Source: Lingula anatina
Lineage: Eukaryota > Animalia > Brachiopoda
DNA: 64,000 bases
Reading direction: 5' to 3'
Assembly: GCA_051362555.1 (NCBI GenBank)
Contig: CM120645.1
Span: forward strand, 19,282,001 to 19,346,000
The position numbers were made by a program, and so were the translations under genes. The notes beneath the pieces were generated by a model. That model did not search any database. It was not told the origin of the DNA and was given only the letters and a program-made list of their open reading frames with translations. Positions 22,822-33,262 of this stretch are shown here, one piece after another. Every line of letters starts with the position of its first letter. Within the stretch, counting starts at the first letter, position 1.

Positions 22822-25596
22822 ATGGCTTCGTGGCGGGGGCGGTTTTTACAGTTACGCGTAGCCGTATTAATTGTGTTCCTTGGTGTTGTCGCAGATGGAA
22901 TGGTCCCAGTAAAGGGTATGGGTAGCGCCAATACATCTTACAGAACGATTGAAACGGTGTCGGAGGAGGACGGAAGATTGGGGAACTCCAAAGCCAACAG
23001 AAGTACCGCTTTATACAGCAATGAAGTGTTCACGACAGTTGCTTCAGACTGCCTTAAAGCCCATTTTTCTGGCGAAGGGCCGAATACAGGGGAAAATCTG
23101 AACAGTTTTGGTCGGTGTATGGTAGAATTTTGTAATGTTGGTCATGGAGATTCTGGTTGCAAGTCCTGGCAACACTTCTCGTCTCTTTGTGGCCGATTAT
23201 TCAGTCCACACAGTTACATAGGCGGGGAATACTATCCCAATGAATTCTGCCTGTGGCATATAGAGGTTCCTAAGGGCTACTTAGTTAACCTCACATTCGA
23301 AGTTTTTAACTTGGTTTTTCACGAGGATTGTCCATATGATTATTTAGAAATATACGACGGGAATACTACAGAAAGTGCATCAATTGGGAGGTTTTGTGGC
23401 AGTTTATTTCCTTGGCATTCCTATTCGTCGGACTCTTTTATGACAGTCGAATATAAGACCGATGACAGACATGAAGACGAGCTGGGGTTCAGGGCATTTT
23501 ACACAGCTCTGTCATCTAGTGCTTGGAAACCTGTGAAGGCTACAATGAACTCGATTTACATCAACAAAACTGGAATATTGGAACATTCTTTTGACACCGT
23601 TACATTCGTGTCACAGTCACATTTTTATCATCACTTTTACATTTGGACAGATATAGGAAAGGTTTTGAACATGGCCTGGGTGTTGTATGCAACGACAATT
23701 GACTCGCCAAGTGCTGTACGCATTTTTGACGGACCATCCGAAAGAGCACAGTTATTAGATCATGTCACGTCAGACTCTTTCCAAACCACAGGAAACGCCA
23801 CCGCCAGTACTCATCAGCTGTATGTCATCCTAGAGCAAAGCAGGTACGTCGCAGCTATGTTGTTTTCGGCAACATTTGCCTCAAACTGGATGCAGCCGTG
23901 TGACAAGAGCTCAAGCCCAAGGGCCTCCCATTGTATTAAAAAACGAGCTTTTATGCCCCATCTGGAGTACACTGGTCCTGCTTCTGGATACTCAAACTAC
24001 CATGCCGATTGGTTTGAGAGTGGGCGCGGTGAGTTATCATACGTGGTGCATCGCTATGGAATGGTCGTCAAGTATATTGACAGGTCTGATAGCCTTGTAG
24101 ATGACAGACCCGTAGTGCTTTTGCCTCAGGCAGGACATTGCCCCTATGCTGGCTTGCTCCTGTTTATAGACGGGTGGGGAGACAATGCTTCTTTGACGAT
24201 AGGACCCTTGTGTGCACCATTTCGGAAAATATTTATGCCTTACCGATCGTTGTATATTGTATCGTACTCTGTCGGCGGACTTTTCGATGGAATGACCAAT
24301 GGAAATGCTATTTTTTATGGCCAGTTAGCAATCCTAAAACAACGCGAACCTATGCAGGACGTGCTATTTCATCCCTACCTTGATTTTAATCTAAACGCAT
24401 CGGAGTTTGGCTATTCTAAAGTGATTAAAGATCAGTTCAACAACGGAAGTCATCACAGCGGCTTCAAAAGAAAAAAAGCTGAGGTCGATATCTTCCTGAC
24501 AGAGAAACTGACATTGAAAGATTCGTACCATCGGAGGTTCTTGTTTGAGTATGACCTAAGCCTTCAGCCACCAACAGACATAATTGAAGATTTCGATATA
24601 ACCATTTCATCGGATGCGGTAACAAGCAACCCCTTTACTGTTACCTTCACATCTACTTGGCAGATAAGTAAGGTTAAAGTTCGATTAATTGTTTGGCGTC
24701 CCTATCATGTCATTGATATACCATTTATCCAACCTTACAAACGGACTGAAAAGGTTATGTCGGATTTCTTTGAGACAAGCATGTATTTCCCTTCCCCAGG
24801 ATCCAACCAAACTATTCGCTTCAGAATTTTGTTGGCAGATTTTACTGCATACGAATCATTTGATTTTATAATTGCCGTTTCTTATACAAAGATGTATGAC
24901 GACTGTTTTAGCCATTCGTATCTTAATCATTTCTTTAAAACATGCGGTATTTTAAATACTCATTGCACCCTTCCTTCGGTGAAAAATGAATCCAAGATCT
25001 TGTCACAAAAAGCATTCGGAACTCTATTCAAAAGTGTTTCTGACCGTGAACACTTTTTGGCCTATACTATTACTTTTGACGATACAACTCAAAAGTGTTT
25101 CACCAGTAAAATGGCAATGTATGGTATCAAAGAGTACTATCCCTGTGATGACCCAAGTGGTGACTGTATGATATCTTACGTTTTTGGGACACAGGACCCA
25201 TTTGTTTGGACCAGCATTTCAAATTATCGATTTCTACTTGAATTTTACCGACCAAATGACGACAACGATTTGACTGCAATGAGTGGAGCCTTCACGAAAT
25301 ATGCCTTAGATATAACGGACGGCTTCGCAAGCAGCATGGCAGAAACGACAAATTGCACAAACAGTAAATTCGGTGGAATCGAATATCGTGGCAACTGCTA
25401 CAATCTTCATTTCTCCGATGACAAGATGTCATGGGCACAGGCAAAAGATCAGTGCTCGCAAAAGGGTGGTTTCCTTGGGATGTTTCACGACAACGCTGAC
25501 CTTGATTATGTGAAGAATGCATTGGCGAGGGTTTGGATATCCGACCTATTCATCAGAAGACGCTCCCTGGTGTACATCGGACTCCACAGTGGGAAT
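22822..25596 (+). CDS. GRL101: Copy 1 coding exon 1: signal peptide, CUB, two CUB-like domains, N-half of C-type lectin domain
   Basis: ORF 22822..25659; CLWHIEVP..VNLTF..CPYDYLEIYDG..GRFCG; CYNLHF..MSWAQAKDQC; AAT|gtaagt donor. Confidence 0.9.
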
Positions 25597-28279
25597 GTAA
25601 GTACAGTAAACAAGCATATAAAAATTACATTCATACCGCGGGGCCGATATCGCTCCTAGAGACAATGGTGATACCATCGTATTCTATTCAAAATTAGGGT
25701 TTTTGGCTAGGAAACATGTACGATTTCCCTTTGTATAGATGACAAGTAATGTACTACCACCCCCTAGCCCAAGAAAGAGTATAGTAGTAGTAGTAGTAGT
25801 AGTAGTAGTTCTTTTCTATGAATGTGTGGCAACATAAAACAAAAAAAGTTATGCACAATCTGAAAGCACACAAACATACACAGAGCTTATAATCTGGTGC
25901 TGCTGATAAAAAATATACATGTAGGTACTGGGAATACGCTTGGTACATAAAATCTACAACAAATCCACGGGTCCTTCACACAGCTCATGCACATTATTTA
26001 AGTTCAGAACATACTGCTTTTTTTAGTTGTTTAGTCATAGGGCATTCAAGCAGAACATTCCTCTCTGTCTTTACTGATATCCTGCAAACACACAGTCTCT
26101 CCTCTCTAGTGGTGCGGGCCCACCGCCCAGTTTCTAAAGCCAGGATATGTGACTAGGTGCTGAGACGTGTGAAAGTTAGCCTCTTATACTCTTGGATATC
26201 GGTAGTTTGCTCACCTGAGATTATTTACCACTTTGGACTCGATTTAGAGAAAAATTACATGTGGGGTTTGCGATGTTAATCATTCTAGTCCTATGTAATT
26301 TGAGACAATGCCAAGCTGAAAAAGACATTTCAGTATACCTAAGCGATCCATTCAGTTGTACCCTGCCAAAATGTATTCTCTGCTGAAAATGCCAAAATAA
26401 AAAGTTGTTATTTTACCATGCCGGCGGGGAATCCGTTCCTACTGCGCACTGACGGTTCCACTCCCGTGTTCCTCCAGCTAAATATGAGCATCCAGCTTTA
26501 CGTCGTACACCATTCGACGTCACATGACGTCGCACTTCCGGTACAATCTTATCTTCTCCGGTGCCCTTTATTAAAGACTAAAAACATATGTTTGAACATT
26601 TACTGTTGTAACGGATTTATGACTTAGAGATGGCATTTCCCTTAACTGATACGAATTCCAATATTTAATAAGTGAAATTTTGTTTTTAGGATCATTCAAC
26701 TATGTGGCCCGATGGAACAACCGGGGTTACAGATTGGTACGATCCAGAAAAATCTAAACCCCACTTTGAAGGAAAGTTAGCCATGTTGCAGCTAGACTCC
26801 ACGACGCGTACCTTCTTCGATCCAAACATCAGGCAACCCCTGTTTGAAGAAGGCCGGAGGTGCACCATGATGGTTTTCACGTCTCCTCGCCTGTCTTCAA
26901 ATTGGGTCCAAATCCCGTGCTATCTTCCTATAAATCACACCAGCGCTCTGTGCATGCTATCATTGACTGAAAAGAAAAATGGTACTGAAGTGGTCAATTC
27001 AAACCTAACGGAATCTTCCCCTACTGTAGGGGTGAAATTAGAAGGAGACACGTCCTCCCTCAAGGCAGTGTTGTCGTCAAGGACCTGTCCAAAAATGTGG
27101 TGGTTGATTGACAGACGTTGCTATGGATTGGTTAACATGACTTTGACTATTAAGGAAAGCGGGTTCACCTGGACATGGCCCAGTGACATTTCCGGAAATA
27201 TTGAACCCGAAGAGCGCAAAAAGACCTATTTAGAGGCCGCGAGATTGGGGCGAGAACTTTGTCACAAGCATGGTTGGCGATTTGGTGTTATTGACAAGGC
27301 ACGTGGACAGTTGCTTGCTAACATCTTGTTAGCTTCCAGATTGCCAAGAGATAAGGCCACGGTGATTGCGGAACCCGACTATGAATATGCTAATTCTACC
27401 TGCATATATGGCACTTCAGTTGTGTACTTTTCTCATATTCTGCTCGACGAGTACGTGGACCTAGGCCAAAGGTATGGATTCCTATCTCTTTCCATTTCAT
27501 TCTTTCCTATTTTTCAGCCATGTCATGCTGAAGTGCAAGAAGCGATTAGGAGGGGTAAGGGGTTGTTTCCACTTTATTTACCTAAAAGTTTACTTAAATA
27601 AGCAGAACACCAGTAATCCAATGCTTAACTTAGTAGTCCATAAGGTCTGGCCGAAAATACGCCTAGAAGAGAACATGCTATTCCATTTTTGTGAGTGTAA
27701 AATATTGAGAGTGTTATGGACTCCAAATGACACAAAACAATTACTTTGGAGGTCCGTTAATTCCACATTCCTTGCCAATATCCTTTGATTTGAATAATAA
27801 CACTTGAACTTTTATCCTGTCAACGCGATGAATCGGCCAGCCAATGAGAGCAGTCAGATTGACGCCTACTCTCATGTGACCTTGACCGTTACTCTTATTA
27901 CCGCCAATATAGGCCTTCTTATTGGTTAGAAGGTATAAATTGTTCCGAAATGACAAATAATTTTGCTTTCTATTGACGATTTACAATTATTATCACACTC
28001 GCGAAAATGGAAATGGTTTGAAACGATATTGAGGGACACCTGATAGACCATATCTACATATGTTGCCGTTAACCCCTTTAAATTCTCTGTTGTCAGTTGT
28101 AGTTTTTTCTAACCCTCCTTCCCTCGCTTAATATTTTGAATACAAGCTTCTTTCGTGTTCACTTCGCAACCTTTTCGGTTGCTGGTTTTAGAAATTTGCC
28201 CAGAGTAATGGTTTAAATATTAACACACCAAAGGGTCTCGGTTTTATTGGAAACCTCCCTCTCTCCCCAACTTTTAGCC

Positions 28280-28316
<37 letters not shown>

Positions 28317-31314
28317 CTTTTTCAGGGCTGTTGACTGAACAAATCGCGTGGAAGGAATAGAGGAAAGGGAAGAGAAGGTGTTTGTTATATGTATAACAAT
28401 ATATCAACAGAGATAATTTTTTGTCATATGTACCAGTATTATATACATGTATGTTCCATTACGTGTAAAATTTGCAGGCATTTTCCCATAGGTACAGGTC
28501 TAATGTACTATACCGTGTGTCTAGGAGATTAGTAACTTGCAGTTTTTACAATATAAACCAACTTATGCAGTCACAAACCCGATGCACGTTTGATCATATG
28601 CATCTGCATATGATACAACGATTATCATGCACACTCGTACGAACACGCCGTTTTTTATGCATTTCAGGAGCCAGCGAACATGGGAAATAATTAATTGCAC
28701 TCTGCCAAATATTGCGGATGAAGACATCTTTTTGAACAGCATTAAATTAGCTCTTTGTGAAAGAGACCTGACCAATAGTTTGGACATAAATTGTAAAGCA
28801 TCCGAATTCTTCCACGAGTGTTCCGACGGCACGTGTATTTTGAAACACCACAAATGTGACGGTGTTAGAGACTGCATCAACGGGGATGACGAATCAGGTT
28901 GTCGTGACTTGCATGTCACACAGAACGACGAACTATCTAAACTGGGCAGCGAGTGTGGACTCCATGGATTTTCTTGCGACAACGGACAGTGTATCCCTGT
29001 CTCCAAATTTTGTGACTTCTACCCGGACTGCCCTGATGAATCAGATGAGAAATACTGTCGGCACCCCCCCTGTGACCCGAACCAGTTTCGTTGTTTTCGT
29101 GGCCAGTGCGTGCCTCTACAAAACCGCTGTGACAGAGTACAAGACTGCCTCGATGGCACAGACGAACAGGGTTGTGGTTCTTTGCAAGAAAACTGCGACG
29201 GTTTCGTATGCTTTTCTGGGCACTGCCTGGCTGACCGGTATATCCGAGATGGTGTCTATGATTGCCCTGGAAATTTTGGAGAAGACGAGAATACGACGCA
29301 GATAGCTTTCTCGTGCAAGTCTAACATGGTTCCCTGTGAAGATGGCAGTAATATCTATTTCTGCCCTTGGAACGCTTGCATTCATGACATTCTAGGAGAC
29401 GGCACTGTTGCATACTGCAGAAGTGGCGACCATTTAAAAGGGTGTCAAGACATTCCTTGTTCTAGCCAAAATCTTTTTAAATGCCCCAACTCATACTGCA
29501 TAAATCTGCACAGTATTTGCGATGGCGTCCAAAATTGCCCTGGCGCAGAAGACGAAGAGAATTGCACGACGCATACGTATTCATGTCCAGGTGCTTTTCG
29601 CGGTAAAGGAGACGGGTTTTGCGTACATGTGTCAGAACTTTGTGACGGACAGCAACACTGTAAGAAAAGTGGGGACGACGAGAAGTTTTGCGGGCACGTG
29701 ACCTGCCCCCAAGAATGCAACTGCTTGGGGGAATCGATACATTGCGTTAATAAGGACTTAACTTACATACCCACGTATTCTTTTAACCTAAGGGGGCTAA
29801 TTCTTTCTGGCAATCCCCTTGAATTGTCAAACAAAACGTTTGATCAGCTAATATACTTGGTCAAGTTAGACATTTCAAATTGCGGACAACGAGAACTGCC
29901 AAAGAACTTATTCCGAGGGCTCCATAACTTACGTGAATTAAATCTATCTCACAATTATCTGACAGCAGTTGAAGGGCACATGTTTCAAGATATGCATTTC
30001 TTGACAAATTTGGTCTTAACGAATAATCCAATCACCGCAGTTTTAGGTTATGCATTTATTGGGCTGCAATCTTTGCAACACTTGACGCTGGCTAACATGG
30101 AGATTAGTTTTATCGATGCAAGTGCCTTTATAGGTCTAAAACATCTAAAAACTTTGGATTTGAAGCGTAACAATTTGGATACCCTTTACGACGGGACTCT
30201 GGCCCCTTTCGTATACTTAAAAGAACTTAACCTTGAAGGAAACCCTCTTACCAACGTCAACGCCAGTGCCTTGTCAATTTTAAACGCAGACCTCCTATTT
30301 AAAAGTGGTTTAGCGAGGTTGTGTTGTATAGCTAATCAGGTGATGAAATGCACGCCTCAGCCTGCCGGTCTGGTCACGTGTTCGGACTTGATCTCCGATG
30401 TTTTTTTAAAAGTGGTCATTTGGGTTTTGTGTTTGATTGCATTGTTAGGTAACCTGGCAGTTATTGGTTGGGTTAACGTCAGAGGGTCTCAAAGGAATGA
30501 TATGGATTTGGTCTTGGTTGTTTTTTTGGCGCTTTGTCAGGTCCTCTCCGGCACATACATGCTCGTTTTGGCTGTGGTGGACCAATTGTTTCGAGGAGAG
30601 TTTTACCTTCACATTAACAATTGGACACACCACTGGTTGTGCAAATTAGCGGCTTGCATTCTGAGCGTTTCCATCGGAACTACTATGTACCTCATGGTTG
30701 GAATATTGGCGGAAGATATTCGTTTATTGCTTTTTCCTGGTATGAAAATTCCAAAGAAAAGTTACCCGATTTTGTCGGGCATGGTACTTGTTTTTTACAC
30801 TGTTCTAAGCGCAATGTCAGTGATACACGGTTCTGATAGATCGAGTTTCTGTACTTTATTTGATCACACAAATGGAACGACCGCTCTGTTAGACTGGTTT
30901 CTAATATTCTTTAACTTTCTCCCTGTGGCATTCCTCATATTTTTGTTGGTTGTTATGTATAAATCGTGGTCTAAAATCAGAGATTGGGACATCGAGCAGG
31001 ATGCATATACTCGCTGGGCACAGGGTTTTGTCTGGATTATTTTTACATTATTCGCGAACTGGTTTTCAATTTTGATTGCCAAGCTCTATGAAAGTGGTGT
31101 TGTGTCTGTTGTAGATTATGAGGGAATTCTTTTACTTCTTGTCATGCCAGCGAGTCTCACGCTAAATCCGTTTGTTTATGTGTATTGTAAACCAAAGGAA
31201 CTCGAACAACTCGCGAGCAGGAGTAGTGACAGTGAAATAATGACGCAATTAACAGAAGCACCACTTACTCCCCGTGAAAGCAACACATTATCACTGACAC
31301 AAAGTGTAAAGTAA
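22822..31314 (+). CDS. GRL101: GRL101-like giant receptor copy 1 (CUB x3 - CTL x2 - LDLa x~7 - LRR - 7TM), 2067 aa
   Basis: Exons 22822-25596, 26690-27471 and 28668-31314 with GT-AG introns of phase 0 and 2 join to 6204 nt. The LDLa-LRR-hinge(LCC..C..CSDLI)-7TM(NPFVY) tail is the GRL101/LGR type-C layout. Confidence 0.88.
25782..25809. repeat. (TAG)n microsatellite
   Basis: direct reading. Confidence 0.9.
25950..26300 (-). mobile_element. LINE ORF2 C-terminal relic in intron 1 of copy 1
   Basis: Minus strand 26197-26039 reads IQEYKRLTFTRLST*SHILALETGRWARTTREERLCVC...NVLLECP, the SH.L..ETGRW..RLC..HVL..CP tail of invertebrate LINE reverse transcriptases. Confidence 0.8.
26690..27471 (+). CDS. 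GRL101: Copy 1 coding exon 2: C-half of CTL1 and most of a second CTL-like domain
   Basis: ttttag|GAT; WPDGT, NWVQIPC, CPKMWWLIDRRCY; AG|gtatgg. Confidence 0.88.
28283..28311. repeat. (CT)n microsatellite
   Basis: direct reading. Confidence 0.9.
28668..31314 (+). CDS. GRL101: Copy 1 coding exon 3: LDLa repeats, LRRs, 7TM
   Basis: tttcag acceptor; CDGVRDCINGDDE-type repeats; LxxLxLxxN repeats; seven hydrophobic segments. Confidence 0.92.
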
Positions 31315-31899
31315 GATCCCTGAGACCTGGTAACAGTGCTTTATCATAACACATTTGATTTTGTTGAGCTGCATATTGCTGTTTTATGCCTATAAATCTT
31401 ATATAGTCAAGTAGCCAACATAGTTTTACTATAGAATTTATATGAAAGGGATATATCTGAACGATGCACGACCGAATGACGGGAAAACGCTTTGGTGGAG
31501 GGAGAGGGGCAACGGTGGAAGGCACACAATACACGCGGTACTTGTAAGCATGTGATTTGTACCGCCTGTGATACTCGTTTGGAGGCTAACTGAAGGCAAA
31601 GTAAGAGGATACATTTTATGAAGATCCCCAGCTCAGCAGATGGTTTCAAGAAAGCACTATAAAAATCTTTAAAAAAAAAAAAAAAAAAAAAGGTGGATCA
31701 TTTAATACTTTACAGAACGTTATAATTTGCTATTTTGTTCACTTTTAAAACATTACTTTTTAATCTTACGAAATCCTTTTAACCTTTTATTTTATTGTAA
31801 AGTCTACAGAACATAGTTTTATAGATTTTATACTCTTAATAAATATATTGTATCGTAAACCACCTCCCCTCCCCACAGCCTACATCCGTTCATTATATT

Positions 31900-31954
31900 G
31901 GCCCTATCTATCTTTACATATATCTTTAGGATTAAAACCAATGTGGAGATAATG

Positions 31955-32001
<47 letters not shown>

Positions 32002-32347
32002 GACCCTATCTGTCTTTGCATATATCTTAAGGATTAAAACCGATGTCGAGATAAGGTTTATGTTACATATATATTTATATATGTCTATGACCCCATTCCC
32101 AGAGATTAGATCGATCCAACTAGATCGACCTAATTCCCTGGGGGTTCACGCTAAATAGCTGTCAGCCGAGCGGGCACGAAAGTTAATTACCCCCTTACAG
32201 CTTGTAGTAGGCGGGACGGACATTTAAGCCGGATTATCTGACAGTAATCTAGTGAGACTCCCCACGGGGATAGATCGATCTAAAAGTATGGGAATGCGCC
32301 CTATCTTTGCCTATAACTTTAGGATCAAAACCGATGTGGAGATAAGG

Positions 32348-32397
<50 letters not shown>

Positions 32398-32475
32398 GAC
32401 CCTATCTATCTTTGCATATATCTTAAGGATTAAAACCGATGTCGAGATAAGGTGTATGTTACATATATATTTAAA
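31900..32475 (+). repeat. Duplicated pair of short units with (TTA)n tracts flanking a MITE
   Basis: CCCTATC..TTTGCATATATCTT.AGGATTAAAACCGATGT.GAGATAA at about 31901, 32004, 32299 and 32400. Confidence 0.8.
32089..32301. mobile_element. MITE of 213 bp, possibly PIF/Harbinger-like
   Basis: TIRs CATTCCCA....TTAGATCGATC / GATCGATCTAA.....TGGGAATG; 3-bp TAT on both flanks. Confidence 0.7.
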
Positions 32476-32589
32476 TGTGCGTGTGTGTGTGTGTGTTAGT
32501 GTGTATGTGTGTGTTAGACGTTTATATAGCTAATAATAATAACTTTTGAATAATTATTGGAAGGTGGAGGTTCCCCCCCCCCCCCAATT

Positions 32590-33070
32590 CCCCTGCAGCT
32601 CTCGTCTGGCAAGTGGTTTTATTGCAAAAACACAATGTTCTGAGGATGGAACAACCATCTCTGAGCTCTAATATTATCCAACCTGTGGCATGAATTGGAG
32701 TGTACAATGTTGAGGAGAACTAGCCCACTAATAATCAGCCCAAATTTCCCTACCTTACAGGCATAATGGGATAATATGCCACAGAACAATTGTTATCCTT
32801 GTTGAAGGCTTGTCGCGCCGCCTATAAGAGATTATTGCAGTTCGCGGTAGACGAACATGCTGTAAGACACGTGCATGACCCTCAGTGAGTACATCGGAAT
32901 GCTAATTGTGTGTAAATTTAGTGATATTTGCTGGCTTCTTTTCCATTTTATGGACATTTCTTTACCTATGTATAAATCAAATGAAACATTGGATTTGAAG
33001 GGTACATGTTATAAATTTGAATAGATGGCTTGAAATATAGATATTTTCACCCCTCTTTTATATTTCCTGT
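32590..33070 (+). mobile_element. Tc1-like transposase C-terminal relic
   Basis: Frameshifted fragments LQKHNVLRMEQP, SNLWHEL, LQA*WDNMPQ, LVEGLSRRL*EIIAVRG. Confidence 0.7.
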
Positions 33071-33262
33071 ATCCTTAATCATGTAAATTATGGTATCTGG
33101 AATAAAAAGGACTGTTTATTGCAATATACACTTGTGATGAGATAATTTGTAAATGAAAGCACATGGAATCAGGAGTGGGCAACCATTTTGGTACCCTAGG
33201 TTCTAGATTCCGGTATTGCCAGCTCGATCTTGATTTCATATATAACCCATATCAACAATACC

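Noticed and set aside
25597-25659. ORF tails beyond the donors and ORF heads before the acceptors (28627, 46534)
   Set aside because: Intronic read-through; paralog protein similarity drops at the splice sites
26430-26545. Promoter-like cluster (TGACGTC, CACTTCCGG) in copy 1 intron 1
   Set aside because: Absent in copy 2 and adjacent to a LINE relic, so more likely repeat-derived
28563-30836. Antisense and alternate-frame ORFs repeated in both receptor copies
   Set aside because: Shadows of the main CDS, shared only because of the duplication
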